This document shows, in pieces, positions 18,664 through 28,666 of a stretch of 57,822 nt of DNA. Positions within the stretch are counted from its first letter, which is position 1. Each line of letters starts with the position of its first letter. The notes below the pieces were generated by a model, which saw only the letters and a program-made list of their open reading frames with translations, did no database searches and was not told where the DNA came from. This DNA comes from Bdellovibrionales bacterium (GTDB lineage Bacteria > Bdellovibrionota > Bdellovibrionia > Bdellovibrionales > UBA1609), in NCBI GenBank assembly GCA_013216195.1, contig JABSOQ010000006.1:1-57822 (forward strand). Direction: 5' to 3'. The position numbers and the translations under genes are program-made.

Positions 18664-19224
18664 TTAAAGTCTTCGAATGACACTCTCTTCGATTTGTCTC
18701 AAAGCAAACTCAGGCATATCGAGGTTCAACAGCTCAGCTGTTGAGCCATCAACTCGCTCGTAGCGCCCCTTGAGCTTGAATTTATTGAGGATTTGAATGC
18801 TCATCAACTGCGGGTCATGCCCTTTGATGACAACTGTTTCAAGCCCCTGATCTTGCAGGTTGGCTGCCACTTCGAATTGTAGCTCTTGATCAGATGAGCA
18901 AACAGCAACAGGCTCAGTTCTATTCACTCCGTGAGTCTCGTTGTACACGTTTACAAAAAAGCTATCACGGCCTTCACTGATCGTAATGTAGGTCGTAGCT
19001 CTTAGTGCAACCGTGTTGACCCACTGGCCAATCACGTGACTGTCGACAGGTGAGGCAATATTGGCTTGTTGAAGCACGCCAACAGCGTGTTCTTTGTCAA
19101 AGCTGCAAGCAGCTCTAGAAATCTGAGTGAAAAGACTCACAAGGATCAGCAGCACAGACAGTATAGCTATGCGTGCATGAATATAGACAGAAGCAAAAAA
19201 GTTCTTAGAACCTTTCATCTTCAA
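18664..19224 (-). CDS. Secreted hypothetical protein
   Basis: GGAGG RBS, TTG start, hydrophobic N-terminus ending SRA-A; perfect GCCGATAA element on the - strand at 19260-19267. Confidence 0.65.
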   Translation of the reverse strand: MKMKGSKNFFASVYIHARIAILSVLLILVSLFTQISRAACSFDKEHAVGVLQQANIASPVDSHVIGQWVNTVALRATTYITISEGRDSFFVNVYNETHGVNRTEPVAVCSSDQELQFEVAANLQDQGLETVVIKGHDPQLMSIQILNKFKLKGRYERVDGSTAELLNLDMPEFALRQIEESVIRRL

Positions 19225-19546
19225 CCTCCTCTACAAACGGACCACAATCGTCGGTTGGTTTATCGGCCCAGGTCAATTTAGTGCCTGTGCTGATGTTCTA
19301 TGTTTTCGCTCACAAAGACGAATTCTCGCCTTGATGAAAGAAACGCTACAAAGCCTTGGGCGAGATGGGTAGAGAAGAGTTTGCAGTTTAGGAGTCAATT
19401 TTCGGCACTAGCCAGGCGCTGACTGAGTTCGTTCTGATGTAGAAATCTTGAAAAAAAGCTAAGAGTGTCTGGCTTGTTAACAGATAAAAGGTCTCAGGGG
19501 CTTATAAAATTGAAAGCCCATCTTAGAGCACAAAAAGGTGTAGAGA

Positions 19547-19777
19547 TTAAGACTCAGTTTCTTTCTGCTTTGCAGAGGCGTTTTGTGCAGTGTTGTCATC
19601 GCCTTCAACTTGCTTAGATCTCTCTGTCACATCGATTTCATCGTCGTTAATGCCTTTTTTGAAGCCACGAATGGCTTCTCCGATGGATTTGCCAAGACCA
19701 GGTAAGCGGCTTGGGCCCATGAACAATATCGCGAAAATACCGATGACGATCAGGATTTGCCAAATTGATGGACTCAT
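19547..19777 (-). CDS. tatA: Twin-arginine translocase subunit TatA/E
   Basis: WQILIV..ILFMGPSRLPGLGKSIGEAIRGFKKG, acidic tail; GGGAGG RBS. Confidence 0.92.
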   Translation of the reverse strand: MSPSIWQILIVIGIFAILFMGPSRLPGLGKSIGEAIRGFKKGINDDEIDVTERSKQVEGDDNTAQNASAKQKETES

Positions 19778-19931
19778 GTCTGCCTCCCTAAAGAGCTACT
19801 GTGAACACACTGTTTTTCGATACTTAGATTATCTCTTCTCTCGATAAAGAAGTCCAGAGTCAAGCCTAACAGAGGCGTATGGGCTGAATGAATTCTAGTG
19901 AAAGTCGTCTGATTTGCTTTTCAGCTGTATC

Positions 19932-21185
19932 TTAGCTTTTGGGTGCAGGCTTCCTGCGGCGTCTTCTTGAAGTCGAGCGGCGTTTTTTACTCTCCTCTCG
20001 ACGTAAGTCTTCAATAGCGGGCATGGCATCCCAGTAACTCTTGAGCCAAAAGTTTAGGTCGGAGCCATCGAGAGTCTGATTCTCAATGGCGTACTTGAGA
20101 GCGAGTGGAAAGGCCTCATTTTTCAACACAGCCATTTGCCGTCTGTGGCCTTTGCGTTCGAAATCAATTCGTTTTTGTAGCACACTTTGCATATGAATGG
20201 CTTTGGCGACTATCGCTTGCTCGTATTTGAACATACCTAGCTCTTCTTTCATAAGAAGTGAGACTTTAGGATGTTCAAGAATGTCATTGGCTTTGATCGG
20301 CTGGTTTGGGTCAAAAATCTTCTCTGCCAATAAGTAATAGAGAACCAAATGGCCGAAAAGCTCAAGAGGGCTGCCCGAATCAAGCCAAATCGTTCTCATG
20401 TTCGAAAGATTATGCAGCAAACCTGAGAGCTTGTCTGGGTCTTCGAAAGTGCTATTCAAAGTTGGACACAAGAATTTGAGAACTCCGAGATCATAGGCTT
20501 CAACAAAAGCCATGGCCGGGTCTCGTAATTTGAGAAGCTTTAGTATCTCTTCGCGCCGTCTAGGTAGGGCAGTGGCCAGAAGGGTTTCGCCTTTGGCCTG
20601 CATAGCTGCCCTTAAGCTTGGTTCGATTGAAAAGTGAACTTTGTGAGACAAGCGAAGGGCCCTTAGAATGCGAATAGGATCTTCAACAAGCCTCGCGTTG
20701 GGCTCACCAATCATACGAATGAAACCATTTTCAAGGTCTTCAAGGCCACCCGGGTGGTCGATGAGTTTGTCGCCGACGGGGTCGTAAAACAAACCATTGA
20801 TTGTGAAGTCTCTGCGCATGGCATCTTCTTCAGGCGTGCCAAAAACGTTATCACCCTCAGGTGAGGCCTCTTCGTCATCTTCTGTTTTGTCTTCAATATT
20901 TTTTCGAAAGGTAGCCACTTCGTACTGTTGATCATCTCGCTTAACCAGTACCAAGCGAAACCGCTTGCCAATGACATAGGCCTTGTAGATTACTTTTCTA
21001 ATCTCTTCGGGTTGAGCGGTAGTGGCTATATCAAAATCTTTGGGGTGGATGCCCAGCAAGAGATCACGCACGCAGCCCCCGACCAAATAAGTCTCGAAGT
21101 TACTTTTCTGAAGTGCCTTCACAATGCCATTGGCGTGTGAATCAATCCAGTTAGGGTGCAGGTTCGGATGTTGACGGTTGACCAT
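19932..21185 (-). CDS. pcnB: Poly(A) polymerase I
   Basis: VGGCVRD..PKDFD, PAP-specific IGKRFRLVLV, EVATFR, RRDFTIN, EDPIRILRA; Arg-rich C-terminal tail. Confidence 0.9.
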   Translation of the reverse strand: MVNRQHPNLHPNWIDSHANGIVKALQKSNFETYLVGGCVRDLLLGIHPKDFDIATTAQPEEIRKVIYKAYVIGKRFRLVLVKRDDQQYEVATFRKNIEDKTEDDEEASPEGDNVFGTPEEDAMRRDFTINGLFYDPVGDKLIDHPGGLEDLENGFIRMIGEPNARLVEDPIRILRALRLSHKVHFSIEPSLRAAMQAKGETLLATALPRRREEILKLLKLRDPAMAFVEAYDLGVLKFLCPTLNSTFEDPDKLSGLLHNLSNMRTIWLDSGSPLELFGHLVLYYLLAEKIFDPNQPIKANDILEHPKVSLLMKEELGMFKYEQAIVAKAIHMQSVLQKRIDFERKGHRRQMAVLKNEAFPLALKYAIENQTLDGSDLNFWLKSYWDAMPAIEDLRREESKKRRSTSRRRRRKPAPKS

Positions 21186-21274
21186 GTTTTCTCAATATCG
21201 CGCTGATCGCGGGGAGCGTCAATTCGCTTTCCTTATTTTGACTCAGAGTCGATTGTTTATGATGTTCCCACAGT

Positions 21275-22084
21275 ATGCCAGATCTTAGCCAATTTCATCA
21301 TCAGATTGTAGGTGAAGCGAGTTCGCCCAAACTTGTCTTTCTTCATGGGCTTATGGGCTCGGGCGGCAATTGGAGAAGAATTGCGAAATCTTTTCAGGGC
21401 GCTTATCAGGTCTTAAGCTTTGATCAGCGAGGTCACGGTCGGTCTTTTCACGCTGAATCTTACTCCGTAGAAGACTATGCCGACGATTTGAAGGCGATTT
21501 TAGACGAGTTGGGTTGGCAAAAAATCTGTCTGGTTGGGCACTCCATGGGCGGGCGCAATGCCTTTCACTTTGCCTACAAATACCCTGAGAGAATTGAAAA
21601 GTTGGTGGTTGAAGACATATCACCTGAGCCCGATGCTGAGAGTGCTGACAAGATCAGGCGCATGGTGGGTTTGGTTCCAGCCCCATTTTCGGACCGCAAG
21701 CAAGCGAAGGCATTTTTTGAAAACGAGTTTCCGAAAGCCTTGCTGGGTAACCCTCAAGCCAATACTCTAGCCGATTATTTCTACACAAATATGGCGGAGC
21801 AGCCTGATGGAACCACCTCGTGGCGCTTTCATCTGGATGGCATTCTACAGACAATGGAGTCTGGGCGAGCTGTTGATCGCTGGCCAGAAATTGAGCAATT
21901 GAAAGTTCCCACCCTTTGGATGAGGGGGAGTGAGTCTCAAGATTTATCTGCCGAGCATTTTAAAAGGGTTCTCAGCCTGAATTCGCTCATTCAGGGGGTT
22001 GAAATTGAGCCCTCAGGCCATTGGATCCATTTTGATCAGCCTGAAAAGTTTATTCAATCGCTGCAAGACTTCTTGAACTCCTAG
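21275..22084 (+). CDS. Alpha/beta hydrolase (YbfF-like esterase)
   Basis: LHGLMGS..NW, DQRGHGRS, GHSMGG nucleophile elbow, GHWIH. Confidence 0.9.
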   Translation: MPDLSQFHHQIVGEASSPKLVFLHGLMGSGGNWRRIAKSFQGAYQVLSFDQRGHGRSFHAESYSVEDYADDLKAILDELGWQKICLVGHSMGGRNAFHFAYKYPERIEKLVVEDISPEPDAESADKIRRMVGLVPAPFSDRKQAKAFFENEFPKALLGNPQANTLADYFYTNMAEQPDGTTSWRFHLDGILQTMESGRAVDRWPEIEQLKVPTLWMRGSESQDLSAEHFKRVLSLNSLIQGVEIEPSGHWIHFDQPEKFIQSLQDFLNS

Positions 22085-22341
22085 CTGAATTTCTGAGCTT
22101 GGAGTTTTGCTTTAAGTCTGAAGCTGGTCTGCTCTTTGACTTTGCTCATATATAGATAGTACCTTGTAGGCTCATCGCAAAGAACGCATGGCGTTATATG
22201 GTAAGGGGCGGGGCCCCTAGGTTCATTTACTCCAGATAGATTTGAAGGCGATGTTTGACAGCAACAGCTTGGCAACTGATGCCAGCTTGAAGAGTCAGAT
22301 AGGCTCTCAACAACACCAGCGAAAAAATTTAAGGACGATTT

Positions 22342-24075
22342 GTGAAATTTCAAGAACTAGATCTGCATCCCGCGCTAAAAAAGGGAATCGATCAACTCGG
22401 ATTTACCGACTGCACTGACATTCAAGAAAATGCAATACCACACATTCTAAAAGGTCGCGACGTTGCGGGCCTTGCTCAGACTGGCACCGGAAAGACGGCG
22501 GCTTTTCTGCTGCCACTTATGGACCGAGTACTAAGAGCTAAACAGAAAGACGAGAACACTGAAGTTGAGGCTGAGATTGAAAACGCCACCGAAGAGTCTG
22601 AAGAAGATGCTCCTCGCAGACTGTTTGCAGAGTGGAAGCCAAAAAACTTCATTATGGTTTTGGTTCCGACTCGTGAGCTAGCGGACCAGGTTTATCAGAA
22701 TATCCAAGAGCTTTGCCCTGGTGGAGAGATCACTTCAGTCGCCGTATTTGGTGGAACGTCTTACGAAAAGCAGATTCCGCAAATCAAAGCAGGAGTCGAT
22801 TTTATCGTGGCCACTCCAGGTCGATTGATCGACCTTTACAAAGAACACGTTGTCGACCTCAAGCAGGTGAAGGCTGTGGTTTTTGATGAAGCTGATCGTA
22901 TGTTTGATATGGGCTTCAAAGATGACATGAAATACATTTTGAAAAGAATTGACCGCGAGCGGCAGTTCTTGGTTTTTAGTGCCACACTGAATTTTGATGT
23001 TTTGAACACCGCCTATGAGTTTGGCGCAGACCCAGTCGAAGTGAATATCGGCAGAGATGCTGCCACCGCCGAGAACGTGAAAGACGAGATCTTTCACGTC
23101 GGCCACGACGAAAAGCCTGCGCACTTACTTTCGCTTTTCAAAAAGCATGAGCCCAAACAAGTTATTATTTTTAGCAACTTCAAGCGCAATGTTGAGCGAA
23201 TCGCTTTGTTCTTAAATCGCAATGGCCTCCCGGCATTAGGTATCTCAAGCCTGCTCTCTCAAGGGCAAAGAAATCGAGTGATGGCCTCGTTCAAATCAGA
23301 AGACAATCAGAACATTCTTGTCGCAACAGATGTGGCGGCACGTGGCTTAGATGTCGAGGGTGTTGATTTGGTTGTGAACTTTGAATTGCCTGATGATCCT
23401 GAAAACTACGTTCATAGAATTGGCCGAACAGGCAGAGCGAACGCCACCGGAGTGGCCTTTTCACTTGTGAGCGATCGCGACGTCGAAGCGCTAGCCCGCA
23501 TCGAAGATTACACGAAGAAGAAGCTTGAAATGGGCTGGTTAGAGGATGAATTCATCGTTAAAGACTACGAACCATTCCCACGAGATGGTGACAAAGACTT
23601 GATGAAAGAGGGTCGCAGTGGATCGAAAGGTTCTAAAGGCCCTCGGTCGCGAAAGATAAAGCCAGGTGATGGCAAACGTTCTCAAGATCGCGGCAAGAAT
23701 CAAGACCGAGGTAAAAATCAGAACCGCAAGAAGAAGTCTGGTGGACCTCAGCAGAAGCAGGCTGCGAAAGATGGTGAAGCGCCGAACGAAGAGGGCTCAG
23801 CTCCGAAAAAACATCGTGACCGCCGTACTGGGCGCCATGCAGGCCCAGGTAAAAACCGTGGGCCAAGGGGCAAATCTGCAGAGGGCGGCAACAAAAAGAC
23901 GAGCTCGAGAAAGCGCAACAACAACACATCGGGCAAGAAAGCCAAGCGTACAAGATCTTCAAGTGGTTCAAAGCGTGGTCAGTCTCGCTCGAACCAACCA
24001 GCGGCTTCGCAATCACCACAGTCTATTGGGCAAAAAGTGGGTTCGTTTTTTAGAAAGGTTTTTGGGAACGGCTAA
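22342..24075 (+). CDS. DEAD-box RNA helicase (RhlB/RhlE-like) with long basic tail
   Basis: AQTGTGKT, PTRELA, TPGR, DEAD, SAT, ARGLD, HRIGRTGR; GTG start with AAGGA RBS. Confidence 0.95.
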   Translation: MKFQELDLHPALKKGIDQLGFTDCTDIQENAIPHILKGRDVAGLAQTGTGKTAAFLLPLMDRVLRAKQKDENTEVEAEIENATEESEEDAPRRLFAEWKPKNFIMVLVPTRELADQVYQNIQELCPGGEITSVAVFGGTSYEKQIPQIKAGVDFIVATPGRLIDLYKEHVVDLKQVKAVVFDEADRMFDMGFKDDMKYILKRIDRERQFLVFSATLNFDVLNTAYEFGADPVEVNIGRDAATAENVKDEIFHVGHDEKPAHLLSLFKKHEPKQVIIFSNFKRNVERIALFLNRNGLPALGISSLLSQGQRNRVMASFKSEDNQNILVATDVAARGLDVEGVDLVVNFELPDDPENYVHRIGRTGRANATGVAFSLVSDRDVEALARIEDYTKKKLEMGWLEDEFIVKDYEPFPRDGDKDLMKEGRSGSKGSKGPRSRKIKPGDGKRSQDRGKNQDRGKNQNRKKKSGGPQQKQAAKDGEAPNEEGSAPKKHRDRRTGRHAGPGKNRGPRGKSAEGGNKKTSSRKRNNNTSGKKAKRTRSSSGSKRGQSRSNQPAASQSPQSIGQKVGSFFRKVFGNG

Positions 24076-24140
24076 ACTCCGTTTTCAAATTGGCTTCGAC
24101 AAACCACTATCAATATGTCTAAAAGAGTTGAGTTTTGTTG

Positions 24141-24158
24141 CTGTCTAAATTCTGACAG
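24141..24158. promoter_or_regulatory. Putative enhancer-binding-protein site (CTGTC-N8-GACAG)
   Basis: CTGTCTAAATTCTGACAG, 90 bp upstream of the sigma54 motif at 24246. Confidence 0.45.
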
Positions 24159-24245
24159 CGTCTCAATATCGAACGTCTAAAATCTTGATAAATCCAAGAT
24201 TTATACAGCTCGTAGCTGCGAGCTGGCTTCTTATAGGTGCAGCAA

Positions 24246-24262
24246 CTGGTATTAGTTTTGCC
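24246..24262 (+). promoter_or_regulatory. Putative sigma54 promoter
   Basis: CTGGTATTAGTTTTGCC (GG-N10-GC), 40 nt before ATG 24302. Confidence 0.55.
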
Positions 24263-24301
24263 TCTCTTTACCCCCTGAGTAGACTTGGGAGGGAGAATTC
24301 A

Positions 24302-27300
24302 ATGGGTGCACTAACCAAAGCTGTGGTTGTGGTGCTGGTTTCTAGCCAGCTCATCGCGTGTTCAGGGGTCGATTTCAGTACAAAAACAGACACCTCGGTA
24401 GATGGACAAGGCGTCGTGACCAACCCTAACAACCCGGGCGATCCCAAGGGTCTATACAAAACTCCAGAACTGACAATAGAAGAAGGGTCGACTTACACAA
24501 ACCGAGATCAGGTTCGCGTTGATCTCATCTCTGAGTTTGCGATTGAGATGTACTACACCAATGACCCAACTTGTACCACGGGCGGTCTTTGGGAGTCTTA
24601 CGAGTCACAATCGAGTTGGTCTTTAGCTCAATTAAATGCGACAGCTCGGGTTTACGCCAAAGTTAAGTTTCCAAATGGTGCTGAGAGTGTGTGTGTGAGT
24701 GATGATATTGTTCACGACAATGTTCCGCCAAAAATGATCTTTTCAAAACAACCTGCAGCTCTTCAAAATAACCCGAATGTAGAGTTTGAGTTCGAAATCA
24801 CTGATCAGGGCTCAGGTGTTGAGCTGGCCACGTGTCAGTTGAACAGCGGTGAGGTCAGCAACTGTGGAACCTCATTTACTCCGCCTTATCAACAAGATGG
24901 CTTCAAGCGCTTTCGTTTGTTCGCCATGGACAAAGCCGGAAACATGAGTGAGCAGGTTCGAGAGTTTACTATCGACACCGTTGCGCCAGTGGTGAATCTC
25001 ACCAGTGGCCCATTTGATCCGTCTCGTTCGACCAGAGCCAAGTTTGAGTTCACAGTTGATGATACAGAAGCCGCTACTGAATGTCTGATGAACGAGTTAG
25101 AGCCTCAAGCATGTGTCTCTGGTGCTGAGTTCGTTGCGAACCAAGGGCAAAACCAATTTCGCGTCAAAGCCACTGATTTGGCAGGTAACATCGGTTACAG
25201 TCGGTTGCACAATTGGTATGTCGACAGCGTTGGCCCGGGTGTCACGATCACTGCTGGCCCCGAAAATCCAACTAACCAGAGCACTGCCAAGTTTGAGTTT
25301 GTAGTGAATGATCCAAATGCGATTACTTATTGCCGTCTGAACAACGGCAGCCCGCAACCTTGCCAGACAGGTGGGGTATTCTTAGCGGTTCAGGGACAAA
25401 ATCAATTTCAGGTTATTGCCACTGACAGTTTGGGTAACACAGGCACCAGCCGTGTTTACTCTTGGTATGTTGATAGTTTGCCTCCTTCAGTGACGATCAC
25501 ATCTGGGCCAGACGACCCCACAAGTCAGCCCGAAGCTCAATTTGAGTTTGTGGTCGACGATCCCACAGCTGAAGTGAAGTGCAGCTTGAACGGCTCTGCG
25601 TATCTTCTATGCAAAACCGGAGAGGGGTTCCAGGCTAAGGAAGGCCAGAACAACTTTCAAGTTCAAGCAACAGATGCATTGGGCAATGTTGGTCGCAGCC
25701 AAGTTTACAGTTGGTATGTCGACAGTATCGGCCCTGCGATTACCATCACTGCTGGTCCTGAAGACCCAAGTAAAACCAGTGATTCAGTTTTTGAATTCGT
25801 AAGTAACGATCAACAAACCACCTACACCTGTGTTTTGAATAACGCCGAAGGAGTGTCTTGTGTCAGTGGAGATAAATTTGAAGCAGCAGAAGGCCAGAAC
25901 TCGTTTTATGTGGTCGGGAGTGATCAGTTGGGCAACAAAGGTCGTAGCGACAACTACGATTGGTATGTCGACACCATCGGGCCGAATGTAACCATTACCT
26001 CTGGGCCAGACGATCCATCTGCTAGCAAAGAGTCTCAGTTTGCTTTCCAGGTCGACGATTCAGAGGCTGATACGAGCTGCAAGTTGAATGATGGAGAGTT
26101 CGAGCCCTGTCAATCAGGTTCTCAGTACCTGGCTGAAGAAGGCGAGAACTCTTTTCAGGTGAAAGCTGTAGACCCCTATGGTCACGAAGGCTTAAGCGAA
26201 GTCTACACTTGGAATGTCGACACAATAGCTCCATCAGTGACGATCACTTCGGGCCCAGATGATCCGAGCAATGAGCTCGAGTCAGTATTCGATTTCGTGG
26301 TTGATGATGACACGGCAGCAGTAGCTTGTCGCTTGAATGACGGGGCTCCACAAGCTTGTAAAACGGGTGACACCTTTATTGCTACCGAGGGCTCGAATGA
26401 GTTTCAGGTCATTGCAACTGACCAAATCGGAAACGCTGGCAGTAGTCAGGTGTTCACTTGGTATGTAGACTCACAGGCGCCAAGTGTGACAATCACTTCT
26501 GGCCCAGAGAGTTTAACCAATCAGCCTCAGGCGGTTTTCGAATTCAGTTCTCCGAGCGATCCACAGGCTACGTTCGAGTGTTTGCTAAATGATAGAGCTG
26601 CGGCAGCATGCGACTCGGGAGATCTGTTTGAAGGAGCGATTGAGGGCGAAAACCAATTTCGTGTGGTAGCAATTGACCCTTTTGGCAATCGCTCTGAGCC
26701 ATCGTCTCCTTACACTTGGAGTCTCGACACCAAGGCCCCGCAAATCACTTTTCTGAGTGGGCCATCTAGCCCAACTTCAGAGGTGTTGGCGTCGTTTACC
26801 TACTCTGTGAGCGGTGATTCTGATTTGGACCTTGAGTCTCTCTCGTGCACTCACGACCAGACTTCTTTGGTTTGCCCAACTTTGGGAGAATTCTCTAGCC
26901 AGTTGGCAAGTGATGGCTCTAACTCAGTCGAGGTACGAATTTCTGACCGAGCGGGTAATGAAGGCACAGCCACTTACAGTTGGACCTATCAGCCAGAAGA
27001 TCCAAACCCTGGTCCCGATCCGATTTGTGTTGCCGACAACTTTGAGCAGCCCAAAGACACAGACCAAAAGAAGCTAGATGTGATGTTTGTTGTCGACACT
27101 TCTGGTTCAATGGATGCGGAAAAAGACGCGATCGCAAATGGTATCAATCGATTTATCGAGCAGCTTCCATCTGACACTGATTACAGAATGGCAGTACTCC
27201 CCGCTCACGGTAAAGGGTCTAGCTACTATGGGCAGCTAAATCACGTCTTTTCACAGAACGGCAACAAGAACTATGTTTTGACTAGCGAGATGTCTATTAG

Positions 27301-28030
27301 CTTTATTAAAAGCAAGCTTAAAAATGTATTGAAAAACTCTCCGAGTCAGTTGTCTACAGATGGTGGAGAAGTTGGTCTTGCATCATTACAAGAGATGCTA
27401 ACCAATCCTCAAAAGTTGGCGTTGGCCAAGTCTCAGGGCATCTTAAGAGATGATGCTGCGCTTGCCGTGATATTTGTTGCCGATGAAAACGACATCTGTG
27501 CGGTTGCTCCGCAAGGAGTGCGATTTGTGAATGACCCTGATGGTTATGAACGACCAGCCTTTCTTGCGAACTGTGTGAACCCTCAAGTTACTCCTGAGAC
27601 GGTTTATCAGGCTCTGAAACAGGAGAAAGGTAATGAGCCTTTACTGGTTACCGGTGTGATCTACAACAATCCGAGCTTTGTACCCTCTGGTGGTGAAAAC
27701 GAGTTGGGCTATGGTATTTTGGAGTTAGTCGAGATCAACAGTAGCTTCAGTGTCGACATGGCCTACCCGGATCTCATAGATGATGGCCTTGCTGAGGTTG
27801 GAGCCTTTGCAAGAGAGAAACTTGAGCTGTTGAATGAGTTTTTGCTAACCCAGCAACCAGTGAAGCCTGAGAGTGTCGAGGTGAAGGTTGATAACATAAT
27901 CGTACCAGCTGAATTTATTGACCCCAATGTGGTCTCAATTCTGACGGAAGACGCTGGGCAAGCAGAATCAAAAATTGAAATCAACTATTGCTTAAAGAAT
28001 GTCAGCACTCAGGTAGCCGACGCCAATTAG
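24302..28030 (+). CDS. Large lipoprotein adhesin: Ig-like repeats + C-terminal vWA domain
   Basis: ATG 24302 with GGGAGGGAG RBS; lipobox LIA-C; nine Ig-like repeats; vWA MIDAS motif LDVMFVVDTSGSM and later IFVADEND. Confidence 0.85.
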   Translation: MGALTKAVVVVLVSSQLIACSGVDFSTKTDTSVDGQGVVTNPNNPGDPKGLYKTPELTIEEGSTYTNRDQVRVDLISEFAIEMYYTNDPTCTTGGLWESYESQSSWSLAQLNATARVYAKVKFPNGAESVCVSDDIVHDNVPPKMIFSKQPAALQNNPNVEFEFEITDQGSGVELATCQLNSGEVSNCGTSFTPPYQQDGFKRFRLFAMDKAGNMSEQVREFTIDTVAPVVNLTSGPFDPSRSTRAKFEFTVDDTEAATECLMNELEPQACVSGAEFVANQGQNQFRVKATDLAGNIGYSRLHNWYVDSVGPGVTITAGPENPTNQSTAKFEFVVNDPNAITYCRLNNGSPQPCQTGGVFLAVQGQNQFQVIATDSLGNTGTSRVYSWYVDSLPPSVTITSGPDDPTSQPEAQFEFVVDDPTAEVKCSLNGSAYLLCKTGEGFQAKEGQNNFQVQATDALGNVGRSQVYSWYVDSIGPAITITAGPEDPSKTSDSVFEFVSNDQQTTYTCVLNNAEGVSCVSGDKFEAAEGQNSFYVVGSDQLGNKGRSDNYDWYVDTIGPNVTITSGPDDPSASKESQFAFQVDDSEADTSCKLNDGEFEPCQSGSQYLAEEGENSFQVKAVDPYGHEGLSEVYTWNVDTIAPSVTITSGPDDPSNELESVFDFVVDDDTAAVACRLNDGAPQACKTGDTFIATEGSNEFQVIATDQIGNAGSSQVFTWYVDSQAPSVTITSGPESLTNQPQAVFEFSSPSDPQATFECLLNDRAAAACDSGDLFEGAIEGENQFRVVAIDPFGNRSEPSSPYTWSLDTKAPQITFLSGPSSPTSEVLASFTYSVSGDSDLDLESLSCTHDQTSLVCPTLGEFSSQLASDGSNSVEVRISDRAGNEGTATYSWTYQPEDPNPGPDPICVADNFEQPKDTDQKKLDVMFVVDTSGSMDAEKDAIANGINRFIEQLPSDTDYRMAVLPAHGKGSSYYGQLNHVFSQNGNKNYVLTSEMSISFIKSKLKNVLKNSPSQLSTDGGEVGLASLQEMLTNPQKLALAKSQGILRDDAALAVIFVADENDICAVAPQGVRFVNDPDGYERPAFLANCVNPQVTPETVYQALKQEKGNEPLLVTGVIYNNPSFVPSGGENELGYGILELVEINSSFSVDMAYPDLIDDGLAEVGAFAREKLELLNEFLLTQQPVKPESVEVKVDNIIVPAEFIDPNVVSILTEDAGQAESKIEINYCLKNVSTQVADAN
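24715..26990 (+). repeat. Nine tandem Ig-like repeats (core period 249 nt = 83 aa), two Cys each
   Basis: The Trp codon of W(Y/N)VD lies at 25214, 25463, 25712, 25961, 26210 and 26459 (exactly 249 nt apart), then 26717; consensus VDxxxPxVTITSGP...F.F...C.LN...C...G.N.F.V.A.D..GN. Confidence 0.9.
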
Positions 28031-28073
28031 AGAGGGTTTGCGATTCTCTGAGTGGCCTACCAAGCAGTTGGCT

Positions 28074-28628
28074 CTAAAGAGTCCATTTGAACGTTCGCAC
28101 GATCTCGTTGCAATCGCTTAGGCTCTGACGAAAGCTAGCTTTTTTGTCTCGGCAGGTGAAGATCACAGCTTGCCGGTCTTTAACAAACACGACTTGCCGA
28201 AGTTGATTCGATGTTTCGGCGTGAACCAAATCGAGCATAAATCCAATGTTTGCCCCGACCGTCACTCTTTGTGAGTTGAGAATGTTAAAACCAAACCGAG
28301 GGTAGTCTTTTCGCCATTGCTTCACGTACCTCTCGAGGCCCATGGGCTGTTTTAAGTCGTCTCGTCGAACAGTTAAGCTTGGAGCGACTTCACCAGTGTT
28401 ACTCTGCGGACCTTTAAAGATAACTTCGATAGTTTGAAACGACTTAGGAGGGGCTGCTTTTTGCCATTTTGATTTTCCTAGCGAAACCTTAAAACCATTT
28501 TCAGAGAAGTATCTGCCAGAGTCGGCACCAACTACAAATGAGGAGCTGGTTGCAGGGTGCGGTGCTGCGATCGAAAGTACCGGGCCAACGACAAACAAAG
28601 ATGCGGCTAGTAAGATGAAGCTGTTCAT
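28074..28628 (-). CDS. Secreted hypothetical protein, possibly PsbP/DcrB-like fold
   Basis: Signal peptide from ATG 28628; pattern GF.V.....W..PSLTV..L..Y..RQVVF..IFT..F..IVRTF.W. Confidence 0.55.
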   Translation of the reverse strand: MNSFILLAASLFVVGPVLSIAAPHPATSSSFVVGADSGRYFSENGFKVSLGKSKWQKAAPPKSFQTIEVIFKGPQSNTGEVAPSLTVRRDDLKQPMGLERYVKQWRKDYPRFGFNILNSQRVTVGANIGFMLDLVHAETSNQLRQVVFVKDRQAVIFTCRDKKASFRQSLSDCNEIVRTFKWTL

Positions 28629-28666
28629 AACATAAGTGTATGACTTGACTTTACCCAGAAGCAAGC

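Noticed and set aside
24185-24301. Longer TTG start for the vWA adhesin given in the ORF track
   Set aside because: The RBS, lipoprotein signal position and a sigma54 motif inside this extension all favour ATG 24302. Similar trimming was applied to doxX, thiQ, the catalase-like gene, phoD, short nfeD and others.
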